Source: Patescibacteria group bacterium
GTDB taxonomy: Bacteria; Omnitrophota; Gorgyraeia; Gygaellales; Profunditerraquicolaceae
Direction of reading: 5' to 3'
DNA length: 64,000 nucleotides
Assembly (NCBI GenBank): GCA_035506195.1
Contig: DATJPV010000036.1
Span: 16,100-80,099, forward strand
Part shown: one piece after another, positions 38,390 through 48,013 of the stretch
Numbering within the stretch: the first letter of the stretch is position 1
Layout: the number at the start of each line of letters is the position of its first letter
Notes under the pieces: generated by a model
Seen by the model: only the letters and a program-made list of their open reading frames with translations
What the model was told of the DNA's origin: nothing
Databases searched by the model: none
Position numbers and translations under genes: made by a program

Positions 38390-39406
38390 ATGATCATCGT
38401 ATTAAGGGGAGACGCCACGGATGCGCAGGTAAAACATATTCTCGACCGGGCCGATAAGCTGGGGCTTAAACCGCATATTTCTAAAGGGACAGAACGTACG
38501 ATCATCGGGCTCATCGGGCCGGAAGATGCCCTCCGGGCCATTCCTTTGGAGGTTTTTCCGGGGGTTGAGCGGGTCATCCCGGTCCTGGCTCCTTACAAAC
38601 TGGTTTCCCGGGAATTCCGCCCCGAACCTTCGGTGATCGACGTGGGCAAGGGCGTCAAGATCGGCGGCAAGAAAGTAGTGGTTATGGCCGGGCCCTGCAC
38701 GATCGAAAACTACGATACCTTATACGAGATCGCCGTCGAAGTCAAAAAGGCGGGCGCCACGGTTTTACGCGGAGGGGCATTCAAACCCCGCACTTCCCCC
38801 TATAGTTTTCAGGGGTTGGGCGAAGAGGGGTTGAAATATTTGAGCCAGGCCTCCAAGGAGCTCGGCCTGGCAACGGTCAGCGAGGTCATGGATACCCGCG
38901 ATGTCGGCCTGCTTGAACGCTACGTGGATATCTTCCAGATCGGCGCGCGCAATATGCAGAATTTTAACCTGTTGAAAGAAGTGGGCATGACGAAAAAACC
39001 GGTGCTCTTGAAAAGGGGGATGTCCTCGACCGTCAAAGAACTGCTCATGTCTGCGGAATATATCCTTTCCGGCGGGAATTTCAATGTCATCCTCTGCGAA
39101 CGCGGTATCCGTACGTTCGAAGATTCGACCCGCAATACCATGGATATAAGCGCGGTCCCGGTCGTCAAGCAGCTTTCGCACCTGCCCATCATCATCGATC
39201 CCAGCCATGCCGCGGGGGCTTGGGGCCTGGTCCCGGCGCTTGCCAAAGCCGGGGTGGCTGCCGGAGCCGACGGGCTGATCATCGAAGTGCACAGCCATCC
39301 CGAGGAGGCGGTTTCGGACGGGGCCCAGTCGCTCATACCGCCGAACTTTTCCGCGTTAATGAAAGACATGCGCGCATTGGCCGGCTGCATCGGGAGAGAG
39401 ATGTGA
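38390..39406 (+). CDS. 3-deoxy-7-phosphoheptulonate (DAHP) synthase, Thermotoga/AroF-type with N-terminal regulatory domain
   Basis: KDO8PS/DAHPS-family TIM barrel (GPCTIEN...LKRGMSST...IIDPSHA) preceded by a ~70-aa ferredoxin-like domain. Confidence 0.8.
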   Translation: MIIVLRGDATDAQVKHILDRADKLGLKPHISKGTERTIIGLIGPEDALRAIPLEVFPGVERVIPVLAPYKLVSREFRPEPSVIDVGKGVKIGGKKVVVMAGPCTIENYDTLYEIAVEVKKAGATVLRGGAFKPRTSPYSFQGLGEEGLKYLSQASKELGLATVSEVMDTRDVGLLERYVDIFQIGARNMQNFNLLKEVGMTKKPVLLKRGMSSTVKELLMSAEYILSGGNFNVILCERGIRTFEDSTRNTMDISAVPVVKQLSHLPIIIDPSHAAGAWGLVPALAKAGVAAGADGLIIEVHSHPEEAVSDGAQSLIPPNFSALMKDMRALAGCIGREM

Positions 39407-40236
39407 TGAAATTATTTAACACCGTCGCGATCGTTGGCACCGGTTTGATCGGAGGCTCTATCGGTCTTGACCTGAAGGCAAAAAAGCTGGCGGCTCGGGT
39501 CATCGGCGTCAGCCGCCACCGCCGCACGATCGCCCTGGCGCGGCAAAGCGGGGCCATCGATTCGGGGTCGCAGGATATCCGCGCCGTCAAAGGCGCGGAC
39601 CTGGTCATTTTGGCTACACCGGTAGAGACGATCATGGAATTGGCGCCCAGGATCAGCCGCCTGATCGGGCCGGACTGTATCGTTACCGATGTCGGCAGCA
39701 CCAAGGCCGAGATCGTCGCGCGCCTGGAAAAGGTCTTTGTGCGCTTTGTAGGCAGCCATCCCCTCGCAGGTTCCGAGCGCAGGGGTATTCAGCATGCCTC
39801 TGCCGGCCTGTTGCGCAATTCCCTGTGCCTGGTCACTCCTACGAAACATACCGATCCGCAGGCCTTGGCGAAGGTCAAGCGGCTCTGGTTAAAGCTGGGT
39901 GCTAAGGTTATTACCATGACCCCCCGGATGCATGATGAGGCTTTGGCGTTTGTCAGCCATCTGCCCCACGCGGCAGCGTATTCCCTGATAAATACGGTTC
40001 CGCCTGAATATCTCAGGTTTTGCGCAGGCGGCTTAAAAGATACTACGCGCATCGCCTCTTCGGATCCTGCGATCTGGGTCGATATCTTTTTGAGCAACCG
40101 CGTAAACATCCTGCGTGCGATCGACAGGCTGCAGGGCAAGCTATCCGGTATGAGGTCCGCACTTTCGCGTAAGAAACGCAGCGCCCTCGTTTCGATCCTG
40201 CATTCGGGTCAGAAAAAAAGAGCATCTTTGAAATGA
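39406..40236 (+). CDS. tyrA: Prephenate dehydrogenase
   Basis: VAIVGTGLIGGSIGLDL Rossmann motif. ATG overlaps the aroF TGA (ATGTGATG). The ORF track extends 5' to 39220 in the same frame, but 39406 is the likely start. Confidence 0.85.
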   Translation: MKLFNTVAIVGTGLIGGSIGLDLKAKKLAARVIGVSRHRRTIALARQSGAIDSGSQDIRAVKGADLVILATPVETIMELAPRISRLIGPDCIVTDVGSTKAEIVARLEKVFVRFVGSHPLAGSERRGIQHASAGLLRNSLCLVTPTKHTDPQALAKVKRLWLKLGAKVITMTPRMHDEALAFVSHLPHAAAYSLINTVPPEYLRFCAGGLKDTTRIASSDPAIWVDIFLSNRVNILRAIDRLQGKLSGMRSALSRKKRSALVSILHSGQKKRASLK

Positions 40237-40892
40237 TCATCGCTATTGACGGTCCAGCCGGCGCAGGTAAAAGCACTGTCGCCAAATTGTTAGCCGGCAG
40301 GCTGGGGTTTTTGTATATCGATACCGGCGCCATGTACCGGGCATTGACCCTCAAGGCGCTGGATGAAGGGGTCGATGCCGGAGATGAGGCGGCGCTTGAG
40401 GCGTTGGCCGGGCGCACTACTATCGCCTTGGAGAATACTTCCGGCGGCGCGCTGCAGGTCCTCTTGGACGGCCGGGATGTAAGCGTTCAAATAAGAGAGC
40501 CCCGGATAACCAAATATGTTTCGCAGGTCGCCAAGGTCAAGGGGGTTAGAGAAGTTATGGTCGGCCTGCAGCGCAGCCTTGGCCGGAGGCATTCAAGCGT
40601 CATGGACGGCCGGGATATCGGCACGGTCGTCTTTCCCGCGGCAGAGAAGAAATTCTATCTTGACGCATCCGTGGAAGAGAGGGTAAACCGGCGCTATAAA
40701 GAATTGCAGCCGCTTAACAGGGGGCTCGCCAGGGAAGAGGTCGCCAGGGACCTGACGTGCCGCGATACCATCGATTCGACGCGCGAATGCGGCCCGCTCA
40801 AAAAGGCGGATGATGCCGTCTACGTCGATACTACGCGCATGACCATAACCGAGGTCGTTGATACCTTGTATACGCTGTCCACTCATGGATAA
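40233..40892 (+). CDS. cmk: Cytidylate kinase
   Basis: MIIAIDGPAGAGKSTVAK P-loop. Confidence 0.9.
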   Translation: MIIAIDGPAGAGKSTVAKLLAGRLGFLYIDTGAMYRALTLKALDEGVDAGDEAALEALAGRTTIALENTSGGALQVLLDGRDVSVQIREPRITKYVSQVAKVKGVREVMVGLQRSLGRRHSSVMDGRDIGTVVFPAAEKKFYLDASVEERVNRRYKELQPLNRGLAREEVARDLTCRDTIDSTRECGPLKKADDAVYVDTTRMTITEVVDTLYTLSTHG

Positions 40893-42684
40893 ATCGCTCA
40901 TACGCAATTTCAGCATCATCGCACACATAGACCACGGAAAATCCACGCTTGCCGACCGGATCCTGGAGATAACCGGCGCGGTTGACAAGCGGCATGCCCG
41001 TCAGCAGTTGCTTGACGACATGGACCTGGAGAGGGAAAGAGGCATTACCATCAAGGCCTCCATGGTCCGCCTGGCGTACCGCTCGCGGAAAACCGGCAAG
41101 GAGTACATCTTCAACCTGATCGATACTCCCGGCCACGTTGATTTTGCATACGAGGTTTCCAAATCCCTGGCTGCCTGCGAAGGCGCGATACTGGTGGTCG
41201 ATGTCGGCCAGGGCATCGAAGCGCAAACCATGGCCAATTACTACCTGGCCCGGGATAACAAATTACAGATCATTCCGGTCATCAATAAGATCGACCTGGC
41301 GCTGGCGGATGTGCCGCGGGTGCAACGCCAGATTATCAGCGTCCTGGGTTTTGAAGAAAAAGAGATCATCCTGGCTTCGGCCAAGGAAGGAACCGGCGTC
41401 GAAGATATCCTTGAGCGCGTGGTTGAAGTAGTGCCGCCTCCGGAGGGCGGGGAGGACAATCCCCTGAAGGCCCTGGTGTTTGACTGCCGTTTTGACACTT
41501 TCAAGGGCGTGGTGGTTTTTGTCAGGATCGTCGACGGCAGGCTTGACGCGCACGCCCAGATAAAGCTTATCAATTCCGGCAAGGCCTACAAGATCGAAGA
41601 GCTGGGGGTTTTTAAGGACCTGAAATATTCCGAAGTCGATTCGCTTACCTGCGGAGAGGTCGCATATTTGACCGCAAATATCCGCGATCCGAGGGAGATC
41701 ATCATCGGGGATACCCTGACCGATGTCAAGAAGCCCTGCGAAGAGGCGCTTCCCGGCTACCGGACCCTCAAGCCTTTGGTTTTTTGCGGCATCTATCCGA
41801 TCAACCCGGCGGACTTCCCGAATTTGCGCGACGCCATGGATAAGCTGAAACTATCCGACGCCTCGTTTGTCTTTGAGCCGGAGAATTCCCAGTCCTTTGG
41901 GTCGGGTTTCCGCTGCGGTTTCCTCGGCCTGTTGCATATGGAAATAGTCCAGGAGCGCCTGAAAAGGGAGTATGACTTAAACCTCATCCTGACCGTGCCC
42001 AATGTGGTCTATCAGGTCATCACCAAAGACGGAGAGAAGCTGGAGGTCGATACCCCCGCCAAGCTTCCGGATCCGACAACGATCCAGGAGGCCCGCGAAC
42101 CCTACGTATCGCTGCTGATGATCGTTCCGGTGGACACGATCGATGCGGTGTGCGAATTGACCAAGTCGCGCCGGGGCACCTTTCAAGCCAGCGATTATCT
42201 CGGCGAAGACCGCGTAAAGCTTATCTTCGATATCCCGCTTTCCGAGATCATCGTCGATTTTTACGACCGCATGAAATCCGTGACCCGCGGCTACGGATCG
42301 CTTGATTACGAATTCAAGGCTTATCTTGCGACCCGTCTCGTGAAGCTCGATATCCTTTTGAACAGCGTCGCCTGCGATGCGTTCTCTTCGTTGATCTTCA
42401 AGGATAAGGCGCCCTACCGCGCCAGGCTCTTGGTAGATAAACTTAAGGAATTGATCCCGCGGCAACTGTATGAGATCAGCATACAGGCAGCCGTTTCCAA
42501 TCAGATCCTCGCTTCAGAAAAGATACGTCCGATGGGCAAGCATACGACCAGTAAATGCTCAGGCGGCGATATTACGCGTAAACGCAAGTTATGGGAAACT
42601 CAAAAACAGGGGAAAAAACGCCTCAAGCAGTTCGGAAAAGTGGAGATCCCCCAGGAGGCCTTTTTGGAGGTTTTAAAACTATGA
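40885..42684 (+). CDS. lepA: Elongation factor 4
   Basis: IRNFSIIAHIDHGKSTLADR G-domain and LepA C-terminal domain. Start taken at MDKSLIRNF. Confidence 0.95.
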   Translation: MDKSLIRNFSIIAHIDHGKSTLADRILEITGAVDKRHARQQLLDDMDLERERGITIKASMVRLAYRSRKTGKEYIFNLIDTPGHVDFAYEVSKSLAACEGAILVVDVGQGIEAQTMANYYLARDNKLQIIPVINKIDLALADVPRVQRQIISVLGFEEKEIILASAKEGTGVEDILERVVEVVPPPEGGEDNPLKALVFDCRFDTFKGVVVFVRIVDGRLDAHAQIKLINSGKAYKIEELGVFKDLKYSEVDSLTCGEVAYLTANIRDPREIIIGDTLTDVKKPCEEALPGYRTLKPLVFCGIYPINPADFPNLRDAMDKLKLSDASFVFEPENSQSFGSGFRCGFLGLLHMEIVQERLKREYDLNLILTVPNVVYQVITKDGEKLEVDTPAKLPDPTTIQEAREPYVSLLMIVPVDTIDAVCELTKSRRGTFQASDYLGEDRVKLIFDIPLSEIIVDFYDRMKSVTRGYGSLDYEFKAYLATRLVKLDILLNSVACDAFSSLIFKDKAPYRARLLVDKLKELIPRQLYEISIQAAVSNQILASEKIRPMGKHTTSKCSGGDITRKRKLWETQKQGKKRLKQFGKVEIPQEAFLEVLKL

Positions 42685-43268
42685 AAGCTCAATTTGACGG
42701 CAAAAAGAAATCAGCGCTGCGGGAGTGGGTCGAGTCGATCGTCATTGCGTTTATGCTGGCAATGGTCATCCGCGCTTTTGTGGTGCAGGCGTTCAAGATC
42801 CCGACCGGCTCCATGCGCACGACCCTCATCGAAGGGGACATTATCCTGGTGAACAAATTCATTTATGGCGCCAAGGTCCCCTTTACGAACTGGAACCTGC
42901 CGGCGCTGCGCGACCCGAAAAGGGGCGATATCGTCGTCTTCATATATCCGGAAAACCCCAAGAAAGATTTTATCAAACGGCTTGTTGCCGTGGAGGGGGA
43001 GGCCGTAGAGATCAAGAACGGCACCATCTATATTAATGCCAAACCCCTGGATGAGCCGCTTTTTAGCAAACGCTATTATTATAATCGCGGCGGTTTTGCC
43101 AAGGAGGGCCAGAAGCTGGTGGTCCCCAAGGACAGCTTTTTCGTGCTGGGGGATAACTCCATCTCTTCGCAGGACAGCCGCTATTGGGGGTTTGTGCCGC
43201 GTAAAAACATTCTCGGCAAGGCCATGCTGATATACTGGCCGCCGCAGCGTATACGGCTTCTGCAATGA
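42681..43268 (+). CDS. lepB: Signal peptidase I
   Basis: PTGSMRTTL catalytic Ser box; ...DNSISSQDSRYWGFV box E. Start at MKAQF overlaps the lepA stop. Confidence 0.85.
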   Translation: MKAQFDGKKKSALREWVESIVIAFMLAMVIRAFVVQAFKIPTGSMRTTLIEGDIILVNKFIYGAKVPFTNWNLPALRDPKRGDIVVFIYPENPKKDFIKRLVAVEGEAVEIKNGTIYINAKPLDEPLFSKRYYYNRGGFAKEGQKLVVPKDSFFVLGDNSISSQDSRYWGFVPRKNILGKAMLIYWPPQRIRLLQ

Positions 43269-43828
43269 ACTTCGCCAATAAAATATCGACGTTCCGCATC
43301 TTGACCGTTCCTTTCTTCATTGCCAGCCTCGTGTATTATTCCCCCGAGCGCAGTTACCTTCGCTTCGTCGCCCTGGCGATATTTTTGCTCGGCGTGCTTT
43401 CGGATGCGATCGACGGTTATATCGCCCGCAAGGCCAAACAGTTTTCCAAGGCGGGCCTGGTCCTGGACCCCTTGGGAGACAAGCTCCTGTTGATGAGCGC
43501 GTTCATCTGCCTTTTTTTGACGGACCACCTGGCTATCCGCTTTCCTCTTTGGGTGGTCCTGGTGGTCATCAGCAGGGACGTGATCATCCTTTTGGGGGCG
43601 GTGGTACTATATATAGTGAAACAGAATATCGATATTCAACCGACCAGGTGGGGTAAATATACTACGACCTTTCAGATGAGCGCGGTGCTGGCGGTTCTCC
43701 TGCAGCTGGCTTTTGCGTATATTTTCTGGTGGCTGGCGGTAGCCTTTACCGTTATTTCAGGCATGGATTACGTCAGGAAGGGGTTCAAGCTTTTATATGC
43801 CGTGGATAATTCTCGGTCTGTGCATTAG
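43265..43828 (+). CDS. pgsA: CDP-diacylglycerol--glycerol-3-phosphate 3-phosphatidyltransferase
   Basis: CDP-alcohol phosphatidyltransferase motif DAIDGYIARK...G..LD..GD. Confidence 0.8.
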   Translation: MNFANKISTFRILTVPFFIASLVYYSPERSYLRFVALAIFLLGVLSDAIDGYIARKAKQFSKAGLVLDPLGDKLLLMSAFICLFLTDHLAIRFPLWVVLVVISRDVIILLGAVVLYIVKQNIDIQPTRWGKYTTTFQMSAVLAVLLQLAFAYIFWWLAVAFTVISGMDYVRKGFKLLYAVDNSRSVH

Positions 43829-44420
43829 CTATCTTATCGGTTCCATCCCGACCGCCTATATTTTTGTCCGGCTCCTCAAGGGGCAGGATATCCGCACGAT
43901 AGGCTCAGGCAATGTCGGGGCGACCAATGCCTTGCGCGTCCTGGGAAAGCCCCTGGGGGTGACGATCCTCATCCTGGACATCCTTAAGGGTTTTGCTGCG
44001 GTGGCCCTGGTGGGCGATTGGGTAGCTGCTCATGGCGCTGCCCTGTCCCCGGAGCCCCTGCGCATCCTTTTGGGTTTAGCCTGCGTCAGCGGCCACAACT
44101 GGACCGTATTCCTGCGTTTTAAGGGCGGCAAGGGCATCGCGACCAGCTTTGGCAGCCTCCTGGGCCTGGCATGCAAGATCCCCGGCCTTTGGCTGGTGTT
44201 GGGGCTGGTGGTACTGGTGTGGCTGGCAGCCTTTTTGGCCAGCAGGATAGTATCCCTGTCTTCGGTCCTGGCCGGCATAAGCCTGCCGGTTTTTGCGGCT
44301 CTCTTGCGGCAGTCGCAGGTCTTGACCGCCGCAAGCCTCGTTTTGGCGCTGTTTATCGTAGTCCGCCACCGCTCGAACCTGAAAAGAATTTTTCAAAAGC
44401 AAGAGCGCCCGCTTTTCTAG
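43797..44420 (+). CDS. plsY: Glycerol-3-phosphate acyltransferase PlsY
   Basis: GSGNVGATNALRVLGK signature. Confidence 0.85.
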   Translation: MPWIILGLCISYLIGSIPTAYIFVRLLKGQDIRTIGSGNVGATNALRVLGKPLGVTILILDILKGFAAVALVGDWVAAHGAALSPEPLRILLGLACVSGHNWTVFLRFKGGKGIATSFGSLLGLACKIPGLWLVLGLVVLVWLAAFLASRIVSLSSVLAGISLPVFAALLRQSQVLTAASLVLALFIVVRHRSNLKRIFQKQERPLF

Positions 44421-44515
44421 ATCTTCCCCAAAAAGCTGTTTTCTCGTCGATAAAAAATCGACCGCGGCCCCCGAGCATCGTGTGGAAAACGCTTTCTTCA
44501 AACGCCGTAAATGGG

Positions 44516-44545
44516 TTGAAAGCAGATAATAACGCATGTTATACT
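44516..44545 (+). promoter_or_regulatory. Putative sigma70 promoter (extended -10) for the third PilZ gene
   Basis: TTGAAA (44516-44521), 18 nt, TGtTATACT (-10 at 44540-44545). Confidence 0.4.
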
Positions 44546-44615
44546 TACGTTGGAATTTCATTTTTTTTGCCCTCTTTTTAAAAAGATTGCAAAAGATCTG
44601 AGATAGGGAGAAGGC

Positions 44616-44933
44616 ATGCTAGAGGACCGCAGGTGTTTTTTCCGTTTCCCCGCAACCGTGCCGTTGCGCTACCAGGATAACGACGGCGGTGTGCAGGGAT
44701 GGGGAGAAACGCACGATATCAGCGCCAAGGGGATCGGTTTTTTCACCGATCGAGAGATGCCGCCTGACACAAGCCTTGATATATGCCTGCAGGTCCCCGA
44801 TAGGGAAGATGGAATCTGCGTAAAAGGCAGTATCGTATGGTCGCGCCTGGTTGCTCCGCAGCGCTACCGGGTCGGCGTAAGCCTGGAAAAAGTGGATTTC
44901 ATCAGCATGTCGCACGTGTTGCGTTTGGCCTAA
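44616..44933 (+). CDS. PilZ-domain protein
   Basis: RRCFFRFPATVPLRYQ...DISAKGIGF PilZ motifs. Confidence 0.7.
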   Translation: MLEDRRCFFRFPATVPLRYQDNDGGVQGWGETHDISAKGIGFFTDREMPPDTSLDICLQVPDREDGICVKGSIVWSRLVAPQRYRVGVSLEKVDFISMSHVLRLA

Positions 44934-45079
44934 TTTTTCTCGAAAAAGCAACGCCTGTAAGTTCCCTGCCAGCCAGGAAGCTAAGGAAGGGATAGCCGGG
45001 TTGCCGAAGGACAGAGGAGGACTTTTAACTTATCGGGCAACCCGGCTTTTTATAAGCTCAGAGTGCAAAGGGGATCATT

Positions 45080-45412
45080 ATGCGAGATTTGGTATTCAAA
45101 AACCTGACTTCCAGCGACCACAAACGCAGGATCGTTGCCAGTTCCGAGGTAGCGGACCGGCAAGGCGTGCGCAGCACTATCCACAGGCATTTTGTGTGCA
45201 TGGTCAAAGAAGTCAAGGATGCCAACATCCCCAAGCCGAACCCGTATTTATATGTGCTCAAACAACGCAATACTAAAGAACAAACGGAAAAGTTTTTTTG
45301 CCGGATAAAAGGAAGCCTTTATGCGGTCAACAAAGGCAAGCTCTTCCTGATTATTTTTACCCACTCCTTAAAGATCTGCCTCAAGCCCGTTCCTCAGGAT
45401 TTAATGGCGTAA
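45080..45412 (+). CDS. Hypothetical small protein in AT-rich spacer (may be non-coding)
   Basis: 110-aa ORF in a low-GC region with a weak ribosome-binding site and no recognisable domain. Confidence 0.25.
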   Translation: MRDLVFKNLTSSDHKRRIVASSEVADRQGVRSTIHRHFVCMVKEVKDANIPKPNPYLYVLKQRNTKEQTEKFFCRIKGSLYAVNKGKLFLIIFTHSLKICLKPVPQDLMA

Positions 45413-45558
45413 AGCCGCCTTTCGGGGGCTCCTCCAAAGAAAGCGTTTTCAGGTTGACAAAAAGCCAAATATCTGTTATACTTCCTTCAGACTTTTAAAA
45501 AGTATATATTACCGGGTGCCCTGATTAGGAGGAAATCAGGACACATACAGAAAATGTA

Positions 45559-45602
45559 TCCCGGATTGACAAAAAAAGGGTCGATCCGGGATTTTGTTTT
45601 TT
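45559..45602 (+). terminator. Rho-independent terminator
   Basis: 12-bp stem TCCCGGATTGAC / GTCGATCCGGGA with a 9-nt loop, followed by TTTTGTTTTTT. Confidence 0.7.
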
Positions 45603-45615
45603 GTATTTAAAGTCT

Positions 45616-45644
45616 TGACAAATAGAAATTTATATACTAAAATA
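45616..45644 (+). promoter_or_regulatory. Near-consensus sigma70 promoter for the surface-structure locus
   Basis: TTGACA (45616-45621), 17 nt, TAAAAT (45639-45644). About 60 nt upstream of the ATG at 45707, which is preceded by AAGGAG. Confidence 0.6.
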
Positions 45645-45706
45645 CTACCGAAACTAGGGAAAGGGTGAGTTGGTAAAACAGGTAATCAGGCGAAAGGAGT
45701 AAGAAG

Positions 45707-46306
45707 ATGGGGAAGTTGAAACTGGCGCTGTGCGCGGCGATGGCATTTGTGCTTGTGACCGGCGGCATGGCGTTTGCAGGGGAAAAGGTGTTGTTTGGAT
45801 TTGAGAAGGATATGGGCGGTTGGGAAATCCCCGACTGGGCAATGGAAAAGGAAGACTACGTAGGCACTAAGATCGAGCTATCGACCGCAGTTTTCAAAGA
45901 GGGAAAGTCTTGCCTTAAGCTCGACACCAAGTTCCCCGGAGGGAAATGGACTGCGGCTTATGTTGAGATCCAGCAATACTTCGATTGGACCGCTTACAGC
46001 GCGGTTGCGGTTGATGTCTATTTGCCGGAAACAGCACCGGTCGGCCTGAAATCAAAAATGATTTTGACCGTCGGCGAATCCTGGGCATGGGTCGAAATGG
46101 CACGCAGCACCGCTTTGGAGCCGGGAAAATGGACGACCATCACCGCTAATATCATGCCGGCTAGCACCGATTTTCGCGCTACGGTTGATGACGCCTTCAG
46201 GAAGGATATCCGCAAGGTCGGCGTCAGGATCGAATCCAATATGAAGCCCGTATATGAAGGGCCGGTGTATATTGACAATTTCAGATTGATTGAAGTAACC
46301 AAATAA
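45707..46306 (+). CDS. Secreted hypothetical protein, beta-sandwich/CBM-like
   Basis: Signal peptide MGKLKLALCAAMAFVLVTGGMAFAG. Aromatic-rich beta pattern (WEIPDW, WTAAYVEIQQYFDW). No catalytic motif. Confidence 0.5.
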   Translation: MGKLKLALCAAMAFVLVTGGMAFAGEKVLFGFEKDMGGWEIPDWAMEKEDYVGTKIELSTAVFKEGKSCLKLDTKFPGGKWTAAYVEIQQYFDWTAYSAVAVDVYLPETAPVGLKSKMILTVGESWAWVEMARSTALEPGKWTTITANIMPASTDFRATVDDAFRKDIRKVGVRIESNMKPVYEGPVYIDNFRLIEVTK

Positions 46307-46317
46307 CGAAGAGGGAG

Positions 46318-46902
46318 GTGAAACACATGATCAAATATGTAAAGATAATGATGTTGATTGGCTTAGGGCTAACGCTTGCGTATGCGCAAGCTTTCGCAGG
46401 GACCTCAACTGCTACAGCTACTGTTACGGCAACCGTGCCTTCAGTAACCACGGTTTCTCTTGCCCGTGATACCGGTTCAGCTACGCGCGGTTCAGCTAGC
46501 ACGATTATCTTCGATAAGCTGGATAGCCAGGACACGCCCGGTGGTGATGCGGGGTTGATGTACGCACCGTATCGTACTACCGAAAACGGCAAGAACTGGC
46601 ATTTCGCCAAGGTTGCGGCTAATGGCTCAACGTTGACATTAGCGCTTACCGTAAGCGGGACCGTAGGAGGCCAGCCGCTGTCGAACCTTTTGAAGGTTTA
46701 TTGCGGCGGTTTCTACCTGACAGGTTCTACGACCTTTATTAGCGGAACCAATTCAGCGGACTGGGAATTTGCCAGCGGTTGGCAGAGGACCTTGACTCAG
46801 GCGTTCATCGGGACAGTGCCGTTTAACTACCAGTTGAACGTTTCTGCCGTTGGTGCCGGTTCTTACTCCGGGTCGGTAACGTTTACCTTGACGACAACGT
46901 AG
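46318..46902 (+). CDS. Secreted fimbrial-subunit-like protein (spore-coat-U / DUF4402-like), putative major subunit
   Basis: Signal peptide ending AFAG. Mature N-terminus has an alternating TSTATATVTATVPSVTTVSL donor-strand-like segment. C-terminal GSYSGSVTFTLTTT strand. Followed by a stem-loop. Confidence 0.5.
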   Translation: MKHMIKYVKIMMLIGLGLTLAYAQAFAGTSTATATVTATVPSVTTVSLARDTGSATRGSASTIIFDKLDSQDTPGGDAGLMYAPYRTTENGKNWHFAKVAANGSTLTLALTVSGTVGGQPLSNLLKVYCGGFYLTGSTTFISGTNSADWEFASGWQRTLTQAFIGTVPFNYQLNVSAVGAGSYSGSVTFTLTTT

Positions 46903-46929
46903 TTATTCCTGCGTTGATTGTATGCATTT

Positions 46930-46966
46930 AATAGCTTGGGGCGGGTTTATCCTGCCCCAAGCTATT
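46930..46966 (+). terminator. Perfect 13-bp-stem hairpin between subunit genes 1 and 2 (no T-tract; attenuator/RNA-stability element)
   Basis: AATAGCTTGGGGC-(11 nt)-GCCCCAAGCTATT, ending 1 nt before the ATG at 46967. Confidence 0.5.
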
Positions 46967-47527
46967 ATGGCATATAAAGAAGGGTCGCTATTGAAGAAAC
47001 TAACATATTTTGCAGGTGCGCTGCTGGTATGTTTCTTGTTATACGCCCAGGCAGAGGCATTGGATTACAAAACTGACGATATCTCCGCCTCGGTGGAAGT
47101 ACTGCCTACCTTTGGTATCTCTCTCGATAATCTCAACCTTTATTTCGGCCTTATTCAGCCAGGCTCCACAAAAATATTAGGCGAGGGCACATTTTTCAAC
47201 CAGATCCACTGCCGTTCTAACTCCGGCCGGCCATGGTTCCTGAAGGCGCAGGTTGTTTCCCTGTCCCTGATGGAAAAACCGTATAAGGTGCCCGCCGGAA
47301 ATCTTAAATGGAAGGTTACGCAATGCACCGGTTCTGCGCAGCCGGCAGGCGGCTACGATTTTCAGTCGCTTACCGAAGAGCCGCTCCTTATGTATGCAAG
47401 TCAGGGAGATGACGACTTTGGCAAAGACGTAGTGCTATCTATGCAATATAGCCTGCAGTCGCCGTCCGATGCGCCGGCAGGCACGTATTCCGGCCAGATC
47501 GTTTTCACCATGGCAGAAAGCCCTTAA
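46967..47527 (+). CDS. Secreted fimbrial-subunit-like paralog 2
   Basis: Start moved to MAYKEG because the upstream part of ORF 46922 is the hairpin. Signal peptide ...YAQAEA. Alternating SASVEVLPTFGISL N-terminal segment. C-terminal AGTYSGQIVFTMAE. Paralogous to subunits 1 and 3 (shared CRS.NG...W.LK block). Confidence 0.5.
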   Translation: MAYKEGSLLKKLTYFAGALLVCFLLYAQAEALDYKTDDISASVEVLPTFGISLDNLNLYFGLIQPGSTKILGEGTFFNQIHCRSNSGRPWFLKAQVVSLSLMEKPYKVPAGNLKWKVTQCTGSAQPAGGYDFQSLTEEPLLMYASQGDDDFGKDVVLSMQYSLQSPSDAPAGTYSGQIVFTMAESP

Positions 47528-47530
47528 AGA

Positions 47531-48013
47531 ATGCTCAAAAAAATCATTATCTGCGCGTATATGTTGGCTTTGCCGGCGTTGGGGTATGCATCGCTGGAAC
47601 TGACTACCGACCACCGTTCGCTTTTCTTCGGGGCGATGCGCCTGGGGGAAGAAAAGGAGCTTGCGGATTTCGGCGGTTATCATAATGAAATTACCTGTCG
47701 TTCCACCAACGGGGCCATCTGGTACCTGAAGGTCAATCTCTTGCAGCCTTTAAGCTCGGGGGCCGACACGATCCCCGCGGAAAATCTTTCCTGGCAACTG
47801 ACTTGGACTAACGGTAACGGCACCAAGCCCGGCGGGGCGTATACCTATAAAAGCTTCAGCCTCATGCCTGACCTGGTTTACATAAGCGGGCCGGGTGAGT
47901 CGGCCGGCAACGGCATTACCTTGCAGTTCAAGTATTCCTTGAAGATCCCCGAAATTCAGCACAGCGGAGTATATAATGCGACTATCCGCTTTACCCTAAC
48001 GGAGATGTTTTGA
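47531..48013 (+). CDS. Secreted fimbrial-subunit-like paralog 3
   Basis: Signal peptide ...ALGYA; ITCRSTNGAIWYLKV block shared with paralog 2; C-terminal SGVYNATIRFTLTE. Confidence 0.5.
   Translation: MLKKIIICAYMLALPALGYASLELTTDHRSLFFGAMRLGEEKELADFGGYHNEITCRSTNGAIWYLKVNLLQPLSSGADTIPAENLSWQLTWTNGNGTKPGGAYTYKSFSLMPDLVYISGPGESAGNGITLQFKYSLKIPEIQHSGVYNATIRFTLTEMF

Noticed and set aside
44421-44615. GTCGAT-AAAAA-ATCGAC hairpin after plsY
   Set aside because: Short stem, not followed by a U-tract. Weak evidence for any function.
45554-45610. 18-codon micro-ORF (MYPGLTKKGSIRDFVFCI) after an AGGAGG-containing hairpin
   Set aside because: The SD-ATG spacing is about 20 nt, and the ORF coincides with the terminator stem and U-tract. 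It is most likely non-coding.
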